DNA of 64,000 nt from an uncultured Alphaproteobacteria bacterium (GTDB lineage Bacteria; Pseudomonadota; Alphaproteobacteria; Acetobacterales; Acetobacteraceae), in the NCBI GenBank assembly GCA_963777265.1, contig CAVZPY010000007.1:4245-68244 (forward strand). The letters run 5' to 3'. Numbering within the stretch: the first letter of the stretch is position 1; every line of letters begins with the position of its first letter. This document shows positions 28,380 to 39,400 of the stretch, piece by piece. The translations under genes were made by a program, and so were the position numbers. The notes below the pieces were generated by a model. That model ran no database searches. It was given only the letters and a program-made list of their open reading frames with translations, and was not told the DNA's origin.

Positions 28380-29563
28380 ATGGCGAGCGTTGTGACTGTG
28401 ACTGGCGGACATGGGACCGTCTTCACCCTGCCGTTCTGCCCCACTGCGAACGCGGCGCTGGGCCAGAATCTCGCCAACGCGATCACGACGCTGGTCAATA
28501 ACGGCACGGCGATCCCCTTCATCAACCAGGGCCAGACCGGCGGCACGATCCCGACCGTTCCCGCCGGCCACATCGGCGAGCTGGTCCAGGTCACCGCGGG
28601 GCTGGTCAGCCTGACGCCGGCCTACACGGCGATCGTGGTGACCGCCCCGAGCTCTACGATCTTCGGAGGCGGCGCCGCTAACGAATCCGTGATCTCAGGC
28701 CAGGGCAATCTCAGCTTCTTTACCAACGGCGGCTCCGGCTCGGTGGCGGCGGGCGGTGGCAACAACCTGTTGGTGACGCCACTGTTCGGCTCGGGTGACT
28801 GGACGTTCACGACCGGCTGCGGCAACGACACCATCAACGCCGGCTCCGGCAATGATTCGGTGGCGCCCGGCGGCGGCGACAATTCGATCTTCCTCGGCAG
28901 CGGCAACGACACGGTCACGTCGGTCGGCAACGAAATCGATCACCGCCACTACCGGCAATGCGACGATCAGCGCCAGCGGCCACGCGAGCGACTTCATCCA
29001 CGGCGGCATCAGCCACCTGACCTTCATCAACAGCGCCGCCACAGACAGCACGATCACGGGCGGGCTGGGCAGCATCACCGTCTTCGGCGGCCCTGGCGGC
29101 GGCCTCTATCAGGGCGGCCTCGGCGGCAACAACTTCATCCAGGGCGGCCACGCTTGCGACCACGATCGACGGCGGCGGCTCGGGCGACACGCTCCAGGCG
29201 TTCGGCGGTGCGGGCACGTCGATCGCGGCCGGCATCGGCAATGAAACGCTTTCGGGCGTATTCTCGCAAGGCAATGACACGCTGACCGCCGGCACCGGCA
29301 ACGACGAGATGAGCGGGGGCACCGGGGCAGACCTCTACAAGTTCATTGACGGCCATGCCGGCGGCAGCGACGTTATCACCAACTTCATGTCCGCCAAGGG
29401 CGATCTCGCCGATCTGGTCAATTACGGCCCGGGTGGGATCGACTTCGCGCTCGCCCACGCCACGGTCGCTGGCGGCTCGACCACCGTGACCCTCTCCGAT
29501 AGTACCCGCATCACCTTCCAGGGCGTGACGGACGTGACGAAGTCGGACTTCACCTCGACGTAG
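28380..29563 (+). pseudogene. RTX-like Ca2+-binding repeat protein, frame broken twice (~28933 and ~29148)
   Basis: Nonapeptide repeats GCGNDTINA/GSGNDSVAP/GGGDNSIFL/GSGNDTVTS. The protein continues in frame 1 (ITATTGNATISASG…GGLGGNNFIQGG) and frame 2 (TLATTIDGGGSGDTLQAFGG…GTGNDEMSGGTGADLYKF…). RBS GAGGAG. Confidence 0.75.
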
Positions 29564-29588
29564 CGAACCCCCTTCACGACGCGCGGCG

Positions 29589-29606
29589 CATCCGGGCAGC
29601 CGGATG
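29589..29606. terminator. Candidate bidirectional hairpin between convergent genes
   Basis: CATCCGG-gcag-CCGGATG (7-bp stem) lies between the RTX-like stop (29563) and the corC stop (29626). There is no U-tract. Confidence 0.35.
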
Positions 29607-29625
29607 GGCCGTTGTCGTGCGCGGA

Positions 29626-30528
29626 CTACGCCGCTGCCTGCGCCGGCGCAGGGCGGCGGACGCGCAGGCGGCGGATGCGGCGCGCATCCGCGTCCAGCAC
29701 CCGGAACTCCAGCCCCGAGGGGTGGCCGAGCACCTCGCCGCGCGCGGGCACGCGGCCGGCGAGCGTGAACACCAGCCCGCCCACGGTATCGATGTCGGCT
29801 TCGCGCTCGTCCCCGGTCAACACCCGGCCGAACCGACTCTCGAACTCCTCCACCGAGAGCCGAGCATCGACGTCGAGCGTGCCGTCGGCGCGCTCAATGA
29901 CCAGCGGCGCCGGTGTCTCGTCGTGCTCGTCCGCGATCGGTCCCACGATCGTCTCGACCAGGTCCTCGATCGTCACCAGCCCGTCGATGCCGCCGTACTC
30001 ATCGACCACGAGGGCGAGGTGCATCCGCGCCTGGCGCATCTGCAGTAGCAGGTCGAGCACAGGGATTTGCGGCGCGACCAGCAGCGGCTTGCGCAGCACC
30101 TGATCGAGGCTGAACGACTCCGGCCGGCCGGAATAGCCGAACACGTCCTTGATGTGGACCATGCCGACAATATCGTCGAGCTGGCCGCGATAGACCGGCA
30201 GGCGGGAGTGGCCCTCGCGCCGGATCAGCGCGATCGCCTGCTCAAGCGTGCTGTCGGCGGCGATCGCCACGATGTCGGCGCGCGGCACCATCACGTCGTC
30301 GGCCGTGGTGCCGCGCAGCCGCAGCACATTGGCGATCAGCGACCGTTCCTGACGGTCGAGCTCCGGCGCGGTGCCTGGCGTCTGCGGTGCCTCGGCCGCC
30401 TCCTGCACCAGTTCGGCGATCGACTCGCGCACGCTGTGCTCGATGCTGCGCCGGCGCAGCCGCGCGCGCAGTCGCCCGATCAGTCCCGGCCGCACGCCGC
30501 CGCGACCGCTGTCAGCGGGGCCACTCAT
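29626..30528 (-). CDS. corC: HlyC/CorC-family transporter-associated protein (CBS pair + CorC_HlyC domain)
   Basis: …[11 protein letters not shown]…[21 protein letters not shown]…[27 protein letters not shown]. The ATG overlaps the ybeY stop. Confidence 0.9.
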   Translation of the reverse strand: MSGPADSGRGGVRPGLIGRLRARLRRRSIEHSVRESIAELVQEAAEAPQTPGTAPELDRQERSLIANVLRLRGTTADDVMVPRADIVAIAADSTLEQAIALIRREGHSRLPVYRGQLDDIVGMVHIKDVFGYSGRPESFSLDQVLRKPLLVAPQIPVLDLLLQMRQARMHLALVVDEYGGIDGLVTIEDLVETIVGPIADEHDETPAPLVIERADGTLDVDARLSVEEFESRFGRVLTGDEREADIDTVGGLVFTLAGRVPARGEVLGHPSGLEFRVLDADARRIRRLRVRRPAPAQAAA

Positions 30529-30995
30529 CCGCCCCGCCAGGGGTTGGGCACACCGAGCCGGTGCAGAATGCGTGCCTCCGCCCGCTCCATCCGACGGGCC
30601 TCGCCAGCGTCGTGGTGGTCGTGGCCGCGCAGATGCAGGCAGCCATGCACGACGAGGTGGGCGAGATGGTGCGCCGGGCGGCAGCCGGCGGCGGCGGCCT
30701 CGCGCCGCACCACGCCGCAGGCGAGGATTATTTCTCCTCCCGGGCAGCCCGGCGGAGGTGGAAAGGTCAAGACGTTGGTGGGCCTGTTGCGACCACGATG
30801 ACGCAGGTTGAGCCGCTTCATGGTCCGATCTGACGCCAGCACCACCGCGCCGGCCCCGCCCGCGGCGCACGCCGCGCGTCGCGCCATCGCCTCGGCCCCC
30901 GGCACCGCGCGGCGCCAGCCGTGATCCGCCAGCACGACCTGCGGCCCGGAGTGATGCGGCCCGGCGTCGCGCGCCGAGCCGCCGCTACTGCCCAC
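30525..30995 (-). CDS. ybeY: rRNA maturation endoribonuclease YbeY
   Basis: NVLTFP and [15 protein letters not shown] zinc motif. GTG start; start uncertain. Confidence 0.9.
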   Translation of the reverse strand: MGSSGGSARDAGPHHSGPQVVLADHGWRRAVPGAEAMARRAACAAGGAGAVVLASDRTMKRLNLRHRGRNRPTNVLTFPPPPGCPGGEIILACGVVRREAAAAGCRPAHHLAHLVVHGCLHLRGHDHHDAGEARRMERAEARILHRLGVPNPWRGG

Positions 30996-32020
30996 TGCCC
31001 TGGCTGCTCCCCTCGCTTGCCGCGCGGCCGCGCCGCTGCTCCTGCCGCGCCGTCTCGCGCTGGTCGTACGCCTCGACGATCCGTGCTACCAGCGGATGCC
31101 GCACGACGTCGCGCTTGTCGAACCGCGCGACGCTGATCCCCGGCACCCCCTCCAGCGTCTCCAGCGCATCGCGCAGGCCGGAACGGGTGCCGGCGGGAAG
31201 ATCGATCTGGGTGAGGTCGCCGTTGACGACCATGCGCGTGCCCTCGCCCATGCGGGTGACGAACATCTTCATCTGCACCGGCGTGGTGTTCTGCGCCTCG
31301 TCCAGGATCGCGTAGGCATGGGCGAGCGTGCGGCCGCGCATGAAGGCGAGCGGGGCGACCTCGATCTCGCCCGAGGTGAGCCGCTTCATCACCTGGTCGG
31401 CCGGCATCATCTCGTGCAGCGCGTCATAGAGCGGGCGCAGGTAGGGATCGACCTTCTCCTTCATGTCGCCGGGCAGGAAGCCAAGCCGCTCGCCCGCCTC
31501 CACCGCCGGGCGGGAGAGGATGATGCGATCGACGCGGCCGGATTGCAGCATCGCGACGGCCTGCGCGACCGCGAGAAAGGTCTTCCCGGTACCGGCCGGG
31601 CCCGACCGCGAACACCATCTGCTCGCGCGCCAGCGCCTCGATATAGGCGGCCTGGCCAGGCGAGCGCGGACCGACCGCGCCGCGCCTGGTATGGATCGCG
31701 GGCAAATCGGACAGCGGCAGGCGCGGATCGCTCTCGCCGTCTGCCATCCGGATCGCCGTCTCCACCTCGCCACCGCCGACCGCCTCGCCGCGTTCGAGGC
31801 GACGATAGAGCGCCGCGAGCGCGGTCTGCGCCGCCTCCACCCGGGCCGGGTCGCCCGCGATCGCGATGCGGTTGCCGCGGCACGAGAGCCGCACGCCCAG
31901 CGCCTGCTCGATGCGGGCGAGGTGGCGGTCATGATCGCCGAGCAGCAGCGGCATCAGGGCGTGGTCGTCGAAATGCAGTGTCACCGGCTTCCCGGCGACA
32001 GCGGGGGAGAGGTGGGTCAA
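30985..32020 (-). pseudogene. phoH: PhoH-family ATPase (YbeZ), frame broken inside the Walker A motif (~31598)
   Basis: The N-terminal frame ends …[13 protein letters not shown]. The next frame reads [16 protein letters not shown]…[20 protein letters not shown]…. One extra G in gggcccGGccgg explains it. The span is 3n+1. Confidence 0.88.
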
Positions 32021-33432
32021 GCGCGGGCTCGCTCCTTCTCAGGGGTTGCGACCAAAGTTCCAGACAGGGAATTGGGGTGGGCGGCAGTGATCTTCACTGC
32101 CGTCTCGGCGCCGATCAGGTGCGCGGGGCCAGTGACATGCACTGGCTGTAGCGCGGGCGAGCGGCCGGCGATCTGTCCCGGATGGCGGCCCAGGCCGGTG
32201 AACAGCACCGGCAGCACGCGGCCGACGCACGCGGCCGCGAACGCCGCCTGCTGCGCCCGCAGCAGCGCCTGCAATTCGGCGAGGCGCGCATCTTTCTCGG
32301 CCTCGGGCACCTGGGCGGCGGCAGCGGCGGCCGGCGTGCCGGGGCGGGGCGAATACTTGAAGCTGTAGGCCTGGGCGAAGCCGACGGTGCGGACCAGGGC
32401 GAGGGTCGCCGCAAAATCGGCCGTGGTCTCACCGGGGTGGCCGACGATGAAATCCGACGACAGCGCCAGATCGGGCCGTGCCGCGCGCAGCCGCTCGACC
32501 AGGCGCAGGTAGTCGGCGGTGCTGTGCTTGCGGTTCATCGCCGCGAGCACGCGGTCCGACCCCGACTGCACCGGTAAGTGCAGGAACGGCATTAGTTCGG
32601 GGATGTCGCGATGCGCCGCGATCAGGCGCTCGTCCATGTCGCGAGGATGCGAGGTGGTGTAGCGCAACCGCAGCAGCCCCGGCAGCGCCGCCACCGCCGC
32701 CAGCAGATCGGCTAGCCGCCAGACGCCGCCACTTGGCGCCGCACCCTGCCAGGCGTTGACGTTCTGCCCGAGCAGCGTGATCTCGCGGGCGCCCCGCGCG
32801 AGCAGATGGCGCGCCTCGGCCAGCACCGCGGCGGCCGGGCGACTCGCCTCGGCGCCGCGCGTATAGGGCACGACGCAGAAGCTGCAGAACTTGTCGCAGC
32901 CTTCCTGGACGGTCAGGAACGCGGTCGGGCCGGTATGGCCGGACGGCGGCAGGAAGTCGAACTTGGCCTCGACGGGAAACTCGGTTTCGATCACGGCGCC
33001 GGCCGCGCGGGTGGCGCGCGCCACCATCTCCGGCAGGCGGTGGTAGCTCTGCGGCCCGAGCACGACATCGACATAGGGAGCACGGGTAAGGATCTCGGCA
33101 CCCTCGGCCTGGGCGACGCAGCCGGCGACGGCAAGGATCATCCGTCCGCCCTGCTCCGTGCGCGCCGCCTTCAGGCGACGGAGCCGGCCGAGTTCCGAGA
33201 ACACCTTCTCGGCGGCGCGGTCGCGGATGTGGCAGGTGTTGAGGATCACCATGTCGGCATCCTCGGGGCGGCCGGTCGGGGTATAGCCGAGGGGCGCCAG
33301 CACATCGGTCATCCGCGCGCTGTCGTACACGTTCATCTGGCAGCCCCAGGTGATGACGTGCAGCCGGCGCGGTGTCGTCGTGCGTCGGGTCGAGTGCAAG
33401 GCTATCAGCCGCCCTCCTTTGCGGCCGCCCAT
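32017..33432 (-). CDS. miaB: tRNA (N6-isopentenyl-A37) methylthiotransferase MiaB
   Basis: [11 protein letters not shown], radical-SAM [11 protein letters not shown], and a TRAM C-terminus. Overlaps the phoH start. Confidence 0.94.
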   Translation of the reverse strand: MGGRKGGRLIALHSTRRTTTPRRLHVITWGCQMNVYDSARMTDVLAPLGYTPTGRPEDADMVILNTCHIRDRAAEKVFSELGRLRRLKAARTEQGGRMILAVAGCVAQAEGAEILTRAPYVDVVLGPQSYHRLPEMVARATRAAGAVIETEFPVEAKFDFLPPSGHTGPTAFLTVQEGCDKFCSFCVVPYTRGAEASRPAAAVLAEARHLLARGAREITLLGQNVNAWQGAAPSGGVWRLADLLAAVAALPGLLRLRYTTSHPRDMDERLIAAHRDIPELMPFLHLPVQSGSDRVLAAMNRKHSTADYLRLVERLRAARPDLALSSDFIVGHPGETTADFAATLALVRTVGFAQAYSFKYSPRPGTPAAAAAAQVPEAEKDARLAELQALLRAQQAAFAAACVGRVLPVLFTGLGRHPGQIAGRSPALQPVHVTGPAHLIGAETAVKITAAHPNSLSGTLVATPEKERARA

Positions 33433-33457
33433 CCTGGCGTGACGGCGCCCGCTTCTG

Positions 33458-34417
33458 TCAAGCGAACACGGCGGAGTCGGCTCGTTCCGGCCCTGCCGCC
33501 GCGTGGCCGCGAGGGGCCGCCGGCTGCGCCGGGCGGTTCTGCCGCAAGGCGCTCGCCCCGTCGGCCACCGCCTGCCACGTCGCCTGCGCCAGCGCCTTGC
33601 GGGACGCAAAATTGCGTGGGTCCAGCGGCGCGTGCAGCAGCACCGTGCCGCTCATGCCGCGCCATTGCAGCAGCCGCCACGCGTGCGGGGCGAGGTCCAT
33701 GTCGCCGTACCAGGAGAACACGGCGCGGCTGGCGCGCCCGGCGGGCAAGCCGGCGAGCCGGTCATAGACGATCGAGACCGGCTGGATGATCGGCGGCGGA
33801 TCGCCCTCGGCGATGGCAAAAAACGAGGTGCGGAACGGCAGCACGCGCGAGCCGTCGGAGCTGGTGCCCTCCGGGAACAGCACGAGGTTATCGCCCGCGG
33901 CCAGTCGGCGGCGCATGTCGTCGCGCTCCCGCCCGGTGCTGGCCGCGCGGCGGCTGACGAAGACCGTGCGGCCGAGGCGGGCGATGGTGCCGATCACCGG
34001 CCAGCCGGAGATGTCGTCCTTGGAGACGAAGCAGGCCGGCAAGACGCCGCCGAGGGCCGGGATGTCGAGCCAGGAGGAATGGTTGCAGGCATAGACGACC
34101 GACCGATCGTCACGCCGCGCCGCCACCTCGCCGAGCACGCGCAGCCGCACGCCGATCAGCCGGCGCGTGACACGCCAGTAGCGACGGGCGAACCAGACCT
34201 TGCCCATCCCGGGCAGCAGCAGCAGCACCCCCTGCACGCCACTCGCGAGCAGCGTCCACAGCACCACGGCCAGCAACCGCCGCGCCGCCCGCAGCCGCGG
34301 CAGCAGCGGCCAGCGCCGGGCCGGGGGCGCAAATGGCCCCACCCCCGACGGGAGTACCGCGCGCGCGGGCCGGAGCAAGGCGGAGCGCCGGCGCATCGGG
34401 CGGGCTGGCTCGGGCAT
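33458..34417 (-). CDS. Lysophospholipid (1-acyl-sn-glycerol-3-phosphate-type) acyltransferase, PlsC/OlsA family
   Basis: HX4D motif NHSSWLD and FPEGTSS. N-terminal TM. Start uncertain (ATG 34417 versus 34462). Confidence 0.85.
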   Translation of the reverse strand: MPEPARPMRRRSALLRPARAVLPSGVGPFAPPARRWPLLPRLRAARRLLAVVLWTLLASGVQGVLLLLPGMGKVWFARRYWRVTRRLIGVRLRVLGEVAARRDDRSVVYACNHSSWLDIPALGGVLPACFVSKDDISGWPVIGTIARLGRTVFVSRRAASTGRERDDMRRRLAAGDNLVLFPEGTSSDGSRVLPFRTSFFAIAEGDPPPIIQPVSIVYDRLAGLPAGRASRAVFSWYGDMDLAPHAWRLLQWRGMSGTVLLHAPLDPRNFASRKALAQATWQAVADGASALRQNRPAQPAAPRGHAAAGPERADSAVFA

Positions 34418-34535
34418 GACCTCTGAGATAGTCCCGCCATTGCGACGCCTCAATAACGTCACGATGACCGTTCCGCGAATGGATGGCCCGCGCGGCCGGC
34501 ATCCGCGGCACGCACGGGTGCGTTATGATGCCGGC

Positions 34536-36416
34536 ATGGCCCAGCGGTTCCGTCCCCCTCGCCCCGGCGCGGCCGCCCCGCTGGTGATGGCCGCCCTGGC
34601 GCTGGCGCTGGGGCCGCCGACCCGGGCCGCCGACCCGCAGCCCTATACCGTGACCATTGCCAAGACCGGGAATGGCGCACTGGATGCGGCACTGGCCGGC
34701 AGCTCGCAACTCATCTCGCTGCGCAAGAACGCGCCGGTGCCGCCGTTCGCGCTGATCACTCGCGCGCAGCAGGACGTCGCACGGCTCGACGCGGCGCTGG
34801 GCGGGTTCGGCTACTACGACGGCCACGCCAGCGTTCGCATCGACGGCCGCGCGCCCGATGACCCGGCGCTGCCCGCCGTGCTCGACGCGGTGCCCAAGGG
34901 CCACGCCGTTCCGGTCATCGTCACGATCACGCGCGGGCCGCTCTATCATCTGCGGCACATCACGATCGCGGGCGCGGTGCCGCCGGACGTGACGGCGCAG
35001 CTCGCCCCGCTCGCCCCCGGCACGCCGGCGGTCGCGGCCGACGTGCTCGCCGCCCGTCGGCGGCTGCTCGCACAGCTCCAGAAGGACGGGTACGCGCTGG
35101 CGAAGGTAGCCGAGCCGCAGGCGCTGGCGAACCGGGCGACCAAGACGCTTGATGTCACCTATCCGGTCACGACGGGGAAGGTAGTAACGATCGGGCCGGT
35201 GCGGGTCGCGGGTCTGAAATCGGTGCATCCGGGCGTCGTCAACCGCGAACTGACCGTTCATGCCGGCCAGCGCTTCGACCCCGCCGCAATCGACCAAGCA
35301 CGCGTCAATCTGGAAAGCCTCGGCGTGTTCTCCTCGGTCTCGGCGATCGCCGCACCGGCGCTCGGTCCGGGCGGGACGCTGCCGATCACCTTCCAGGTGG
35401 CGGAGGCGCCCGCGCACGCGGTGACGATCGGCGCCGCCTACTCGACCGATCTCGGCTTCCAGGGATCGGTGAGCTGGAAGGACCGCAACCTGTTCGGCAA
35501 TGCCGAGCAGCTCATCCTGAGCGCTACCAACACCCAGCTCGGCGGATCGTCGAGCCGCTCGCCGGGCTTCGACGTCACCGCCGAGTTCATCAAACCCGCC
35601 TTCCTGCGCCGCGACCAGAAGCTCGACATCCTGCTCGGCGCGATCGACGAGAACCTGCAAGCCTACGAGCGGCGGGCGGCGACCGAGGCGATCACGGTCA
35701 GCCGCAAGCTCTCGCCGCTCTGGACCGTGAGCGTAGGCGAGGCGGGCGAGGTCGAGCGCATCCTACAGGAGCAGGTCGTCAACCATTATGGCCTGGTCGG
35801 CATTCCGCTCGATCTGCGCTACGACAGCACCAACAACCTGCTCGATCCGACGCGCGGGGTGCGGGCGGATTTGACCGTAACCCCGACCGTCTCCTTCCCG
35901 GTAGAGACCAGCAGCAACGGGGGCGGCAGCCACACCGCGGGTTTCGCGCTGATCGAGGCGAGCGCCTCCACCTACTTCGATCTCGGCGCGCCGGGGCGCA
36001 GCGTGCTGGCGCTGCGCGGCACGATCGGCACGGCGCAGGGCGCGGGGGTCGCCGACCTGCCGCCCGACAAGCGCTTCTATGCCGGCGGCAGCGCCACCGT
36101 GCGCGGCTTCAAGTACCAATCGGTCGGCCCGCTGTTTCCCGACAACAACCCGATCGGCGGGCTGTCGCTGGATGCGGGCACGGTCGAGTTCCGCCAGCGT
36201 TTCTTCAAGAGCTTTGGTGGGGTGGTGTTCGTCGATGCCGGGCAGGTCGGGCGCAGCAGCGCTCCGTTCACCGGCACGGTCCGGGTCGGCACCGGTGTCG
36301 GCTTGCGCTACTACACGTCATTCGGGCCGATCCGGCTGGACTTCGCCGTGCCGGTGAACCGCGAGCCCGGTGGCGACAAATATGATTTCTACATCGGGCT
36401 GGGACAGGCTTTCTGA
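34536..36416 (+). CDS. tamA: Translocation and assembly module outer-membrane protein TamA (Omp85 family)
   Basis: Signal peptide, POTRA-like repeats, Omp85 barrel with C-terminal …YIGLGQAF. Followed by tamB. Confidence 0.88.
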   Translation: MAQRFRPPRPGAAAPLVMAALALALGPPTRAADPQPYTVTIAKTGNGALDAALAGSSQLISLRKNAPVPPFALITRAQQDVARLDAALGGFGYYDGHASVRIDGRAPDDPALPAVLDAVPKGHAVPVIVTITRGPLYHLRHITIAGAVPPDVTAQLAPLAPGTPAVAADVLAARRRLLAQLQKDGYALAKVAEPQALANRATKTLDVTYPVTTGKVVTIGPVRVAGLKSVHPGVVNRELTVHAGQRFDPAAIDQARVNLESLGVFSSVSAIAAPALGPGGTLPITFQVAEAPAHAVTIGAAYSTDLGFQGSVSWKDRNLFGNAEQLILSATNTQLGGSSSRSPGFDVTAEFIKPAFLRRDQKLDILLGAIDENLQAYERRAATEAITVSRKLSPLWTVSVGEAGEVERILQEQVVNHYGLVGIPLDLRYDSTNNLLDPTRGVRADLTVTPTVSFPVETSSNGGGSHTAGFALIEASASTYFDLGAPGRSVLALRGTIGTAQGAGVADLPPDKRFYAGGSATVRGFKYQSVGPLFPDNNPIGGLSLDAGTVEFRQRFFKSFGGVVFVDAGQVGRSSAPFTGTVRVGTGVGLRYYTSFGPIRLDFAVPVNREPGGDKYDFYIGLGQAF

Positions 36417-39400
36417 TGCGCCGCGCGGTCAGGATCATTCTCTGGACGGTCGCGGTGCTGGTCGGGCTGCCGGTGCTGCTGGTCGCCGTGGTGCTGATCA
36501 GCGCCAATACCGGTCCGGGGCGGGTGGAGGTCGCCCGTCTGGTCGGGCCGCTCACCGGCGGCCTGATGGTGGTGCGCGGCGTCTCCGGCACCTTCCCTAC
36601 CGATCTGCGGCTGCGCCACGTGGAATTTCGCGATGCTCGCGGCACCTATGCCGTGGCCGAGAACGCGCGGCTCGCCTGGTCGCCCCGTCTGCTGCTGTCG
36701 CATGAGCTGCTGGTCAAGCAACTGACGGCGGAGGAGGTCCACGTGCTGCGGCCGCGTGTGTCTTCCGGCGGCTCCAGCTTCTCGTTGCCGATGCCGGTCG
36801 TGGTGCAGCGGCTGGCGGTCAACCGGCTGGAACTCGCGCCAGCGGTTGCGGGCACGCAGGCGGCGTTGGCGGTCTCGGGGCATGTCACGCTCGACACCCT
36901 CACGACTGGGAGCGGCGCGATCGCGATCCGTCGGTTGGACGCGGCGGGGAACTACACGATCGCCGGCAGCATCGACGCCGCACGCATCGAGGCGACGCTG
37001 CACGCGCGAGAACCGGCGCACGGGTTGGTCGCGACGACGGCGGGGCTGCCCGATCTCGGCGCGCTGTCGGCGGATGCCAGTCTCGATGGTCCGCGGAGCG
37101 CGCTCGCTGCCCGCTTCTCCATCGTCGCCGGGAAGCTGCGCGCCGAGGGGCACGGCACGGTCGATCTCGCCGGCCGTAGCGCCGACCTCGGCATCGCCGC
37201 CTCGGCACCGGCGATGGCGCCGCGGCCCGACCTCTCCTGGCGGGCGGTGGCGCTGGATGCGCATGTCCACGGCGCCTTCGCGCGGCCGGATGCGAGCGGA
37301 CAGTTGCGGGTGTTCGGCTTGAAGGCCGGCGGCGGGGCGGTGGGCACGGTGGTCGCCGATCTCTCCGGCAATCGCGGCGCGGTCACGGTGCGCGCGATCC
37401 TCGATGGGTTGCGCCTGCCGGGGCCGCACCCGGATCTTCTGGGTGCCGCGCCGTTGCTGATTCAGGCGCGGGCGAGGCTGGACCAGCCGGACCGCCCGGT
37501 GGCCGTGGCGCTCGCGCATCCGCTGCTGACGATGCACGGCGTCGCCCGCATCGGCGGCGCGCTTGCCGCAACGGCGACGCTCGACCTGCCGCATCTGGCG
37601 CCGTTCGCGGCGATCGGCGGGATCGATCTGCACGGGCATACCGCGCTCACGCTCGAGGCCGAGACGCACGACAGCGCCACCATCGCCACGATCGACGGGC
37701 GGCTGGCGCTCACCGGCGGTCTCGCGCCGGCGCCGGCGCTGATCGGCCCGGATGCGACCTACCACGTCGCCGCGCGCCTCGACGGCGGGCGGTTCGATGT
37801 GACGAGCCTCAACGTCGCGGGGGCAAAAATCGCGCTCGACGCGCACGGCACCGATAACGGAGGAAAACTCGATCTCGCCTACGCGGTGCGCCTGCCCGAC
37901 CTCGCCGTGCTGGCGCCGAGCGTGAACGGCGACCTTGCCGCCAAGGGAACGGTCCGCGGCCGGCAGACCGATCTCTCCGTCGCGGCCGATTTGTCCGGGA
38001 ATGTCGGTGCGCCCGGCGTGCCGCGCGGCCCCATCAGTGCCACGCTGAGCGCGCAGGGCCTGCCGGGAGCACCGACGGGACGGATCACGGCACGGGGCAC
38101 GCTGGCGGGGTCGCCGCTCGCGGTTGACGCCGCGCTCAGCCGCGCCGCCGACGGCACGCTGCACGCCGCGATCACGCGTGCGGCGTGGAAGAGTGCCGAC
38201 CTCTCCGGCGCGTTCGCGCTGGCGAAGGGCGCCCGCCTGCCCACCGGCACCGCGAAGCTGCGCATGACGCGGCTCGCCGATCTCGCACCGTTCGTCGGCC
38301 AGCCTCTCGCCGGCACCGTGCAGGCGAGTGCCGACCTCACAGCGCAGGCGGCGACGGTCAGCGTGCAGGCGAACGGCGCCGGGCTTCCCTCCGGGCGCGT
38401 CGGCCGGCTCGATTTGCAGGCGCGAATCACCGATCCGACCACGCATCCGGTGGTCTCCGCGCGGCTGACGGCGGCCGGCATCGCCGCGGGCGCGGTCGGC
38501 GGCTCGGCGAAGATGTCGATCGACGGTCCGCAGGACGCGCTCGGTGTCACGCTGTCGGCCGACCTCACCGGGCTGGCCGGGGCGCCGGCGCGGGTCTCGG
38601 GTGCCGCGCTCGTCGATGCGACGGCACGGCGGGTGACGCTGCGACGACTGCTGGCCAACTGGCACGGCGAGGCGCTGCGGCTGCTGGCACCGGCGCGGAT
38701 CACGCTCGCGCAGGGTGTCGCGGTCGATCGGCTACGGATCGGCGTCGGGTCGGCGGTGCTGGATGTGGCGGGGCGGATCAGTCCGAAGCTGGCGCTGACC
38801 GCCTCGGCGCGGGGCGTCACGCCGGCACTGGTAAAGCCGTTCGCGCCGACGCTGGCCGCCGCCGGCATGATCGACGCGATCGCGCGGCTCGCCGGCACGC
38901 CCGCGCGGCCGACCGGGCAGGTGCGCCTGACCGCGACTGGGCTGCGGCTGCTCACGGGGGCGGCGCGCGGAATCCCGCCGGCGAGCGCGCGCGCCACGCT
39001 GGCGCTGGCCGGCACCACGGCGCGGCTCGATGCGCGTGTCGATGCCGGCGGCAGCCATCTCGCGATCGCGGGGCCGGTGCCGCTGGTCGCCGGTGCGCCG
39101 CTCGACCTGCGCACGACCGGACGGATTGACCTCGCCCTCACCGACCCGTTCCTGACGCCGGACGGGCGGCGGCTCCGCGGCGTGTTGACGCTGGATGCGC
39201 GCGCCGGCGGCACGCTCGCGGCGCCGCAACTGACTGGGACCGCGCACCTCGCCGGCGGCGCGTTCCAGGATTACGGGCAGGGCGTTCACCTGACCGCGAT
39301 CACCGGCACGCTGGTCGCCAGCGGGACCAATTTGCGGGTCGCGAGCCTGACCGCGCGCGCCGGGCCGGGCACCATCACGGTCGCGGGCACGATCGGCGTG

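Noticed and set aside
28168-29625. A type I secretion operon associated with the RTX-like gene
   Set aside because: I looked for ABC exporter, MFP or TolC-like ORFs on both sides and found none within the window.
34110-35660. 516-aa ORF on the minus strand
   Set aside because: It is antisense to tamA and overlaps the plsC-like gene in another frame. The composition is low-complexity and Arg-rich, and there is no domain signature.
36389-38665. 758-aa ORF on the minus strand
   Set aside because: It is antisense to the well supported tamB gene. The product is Arg/Gly/Pro/Asp-rich with no motifs, the typical shadow ORF of a high-G+C coding region.
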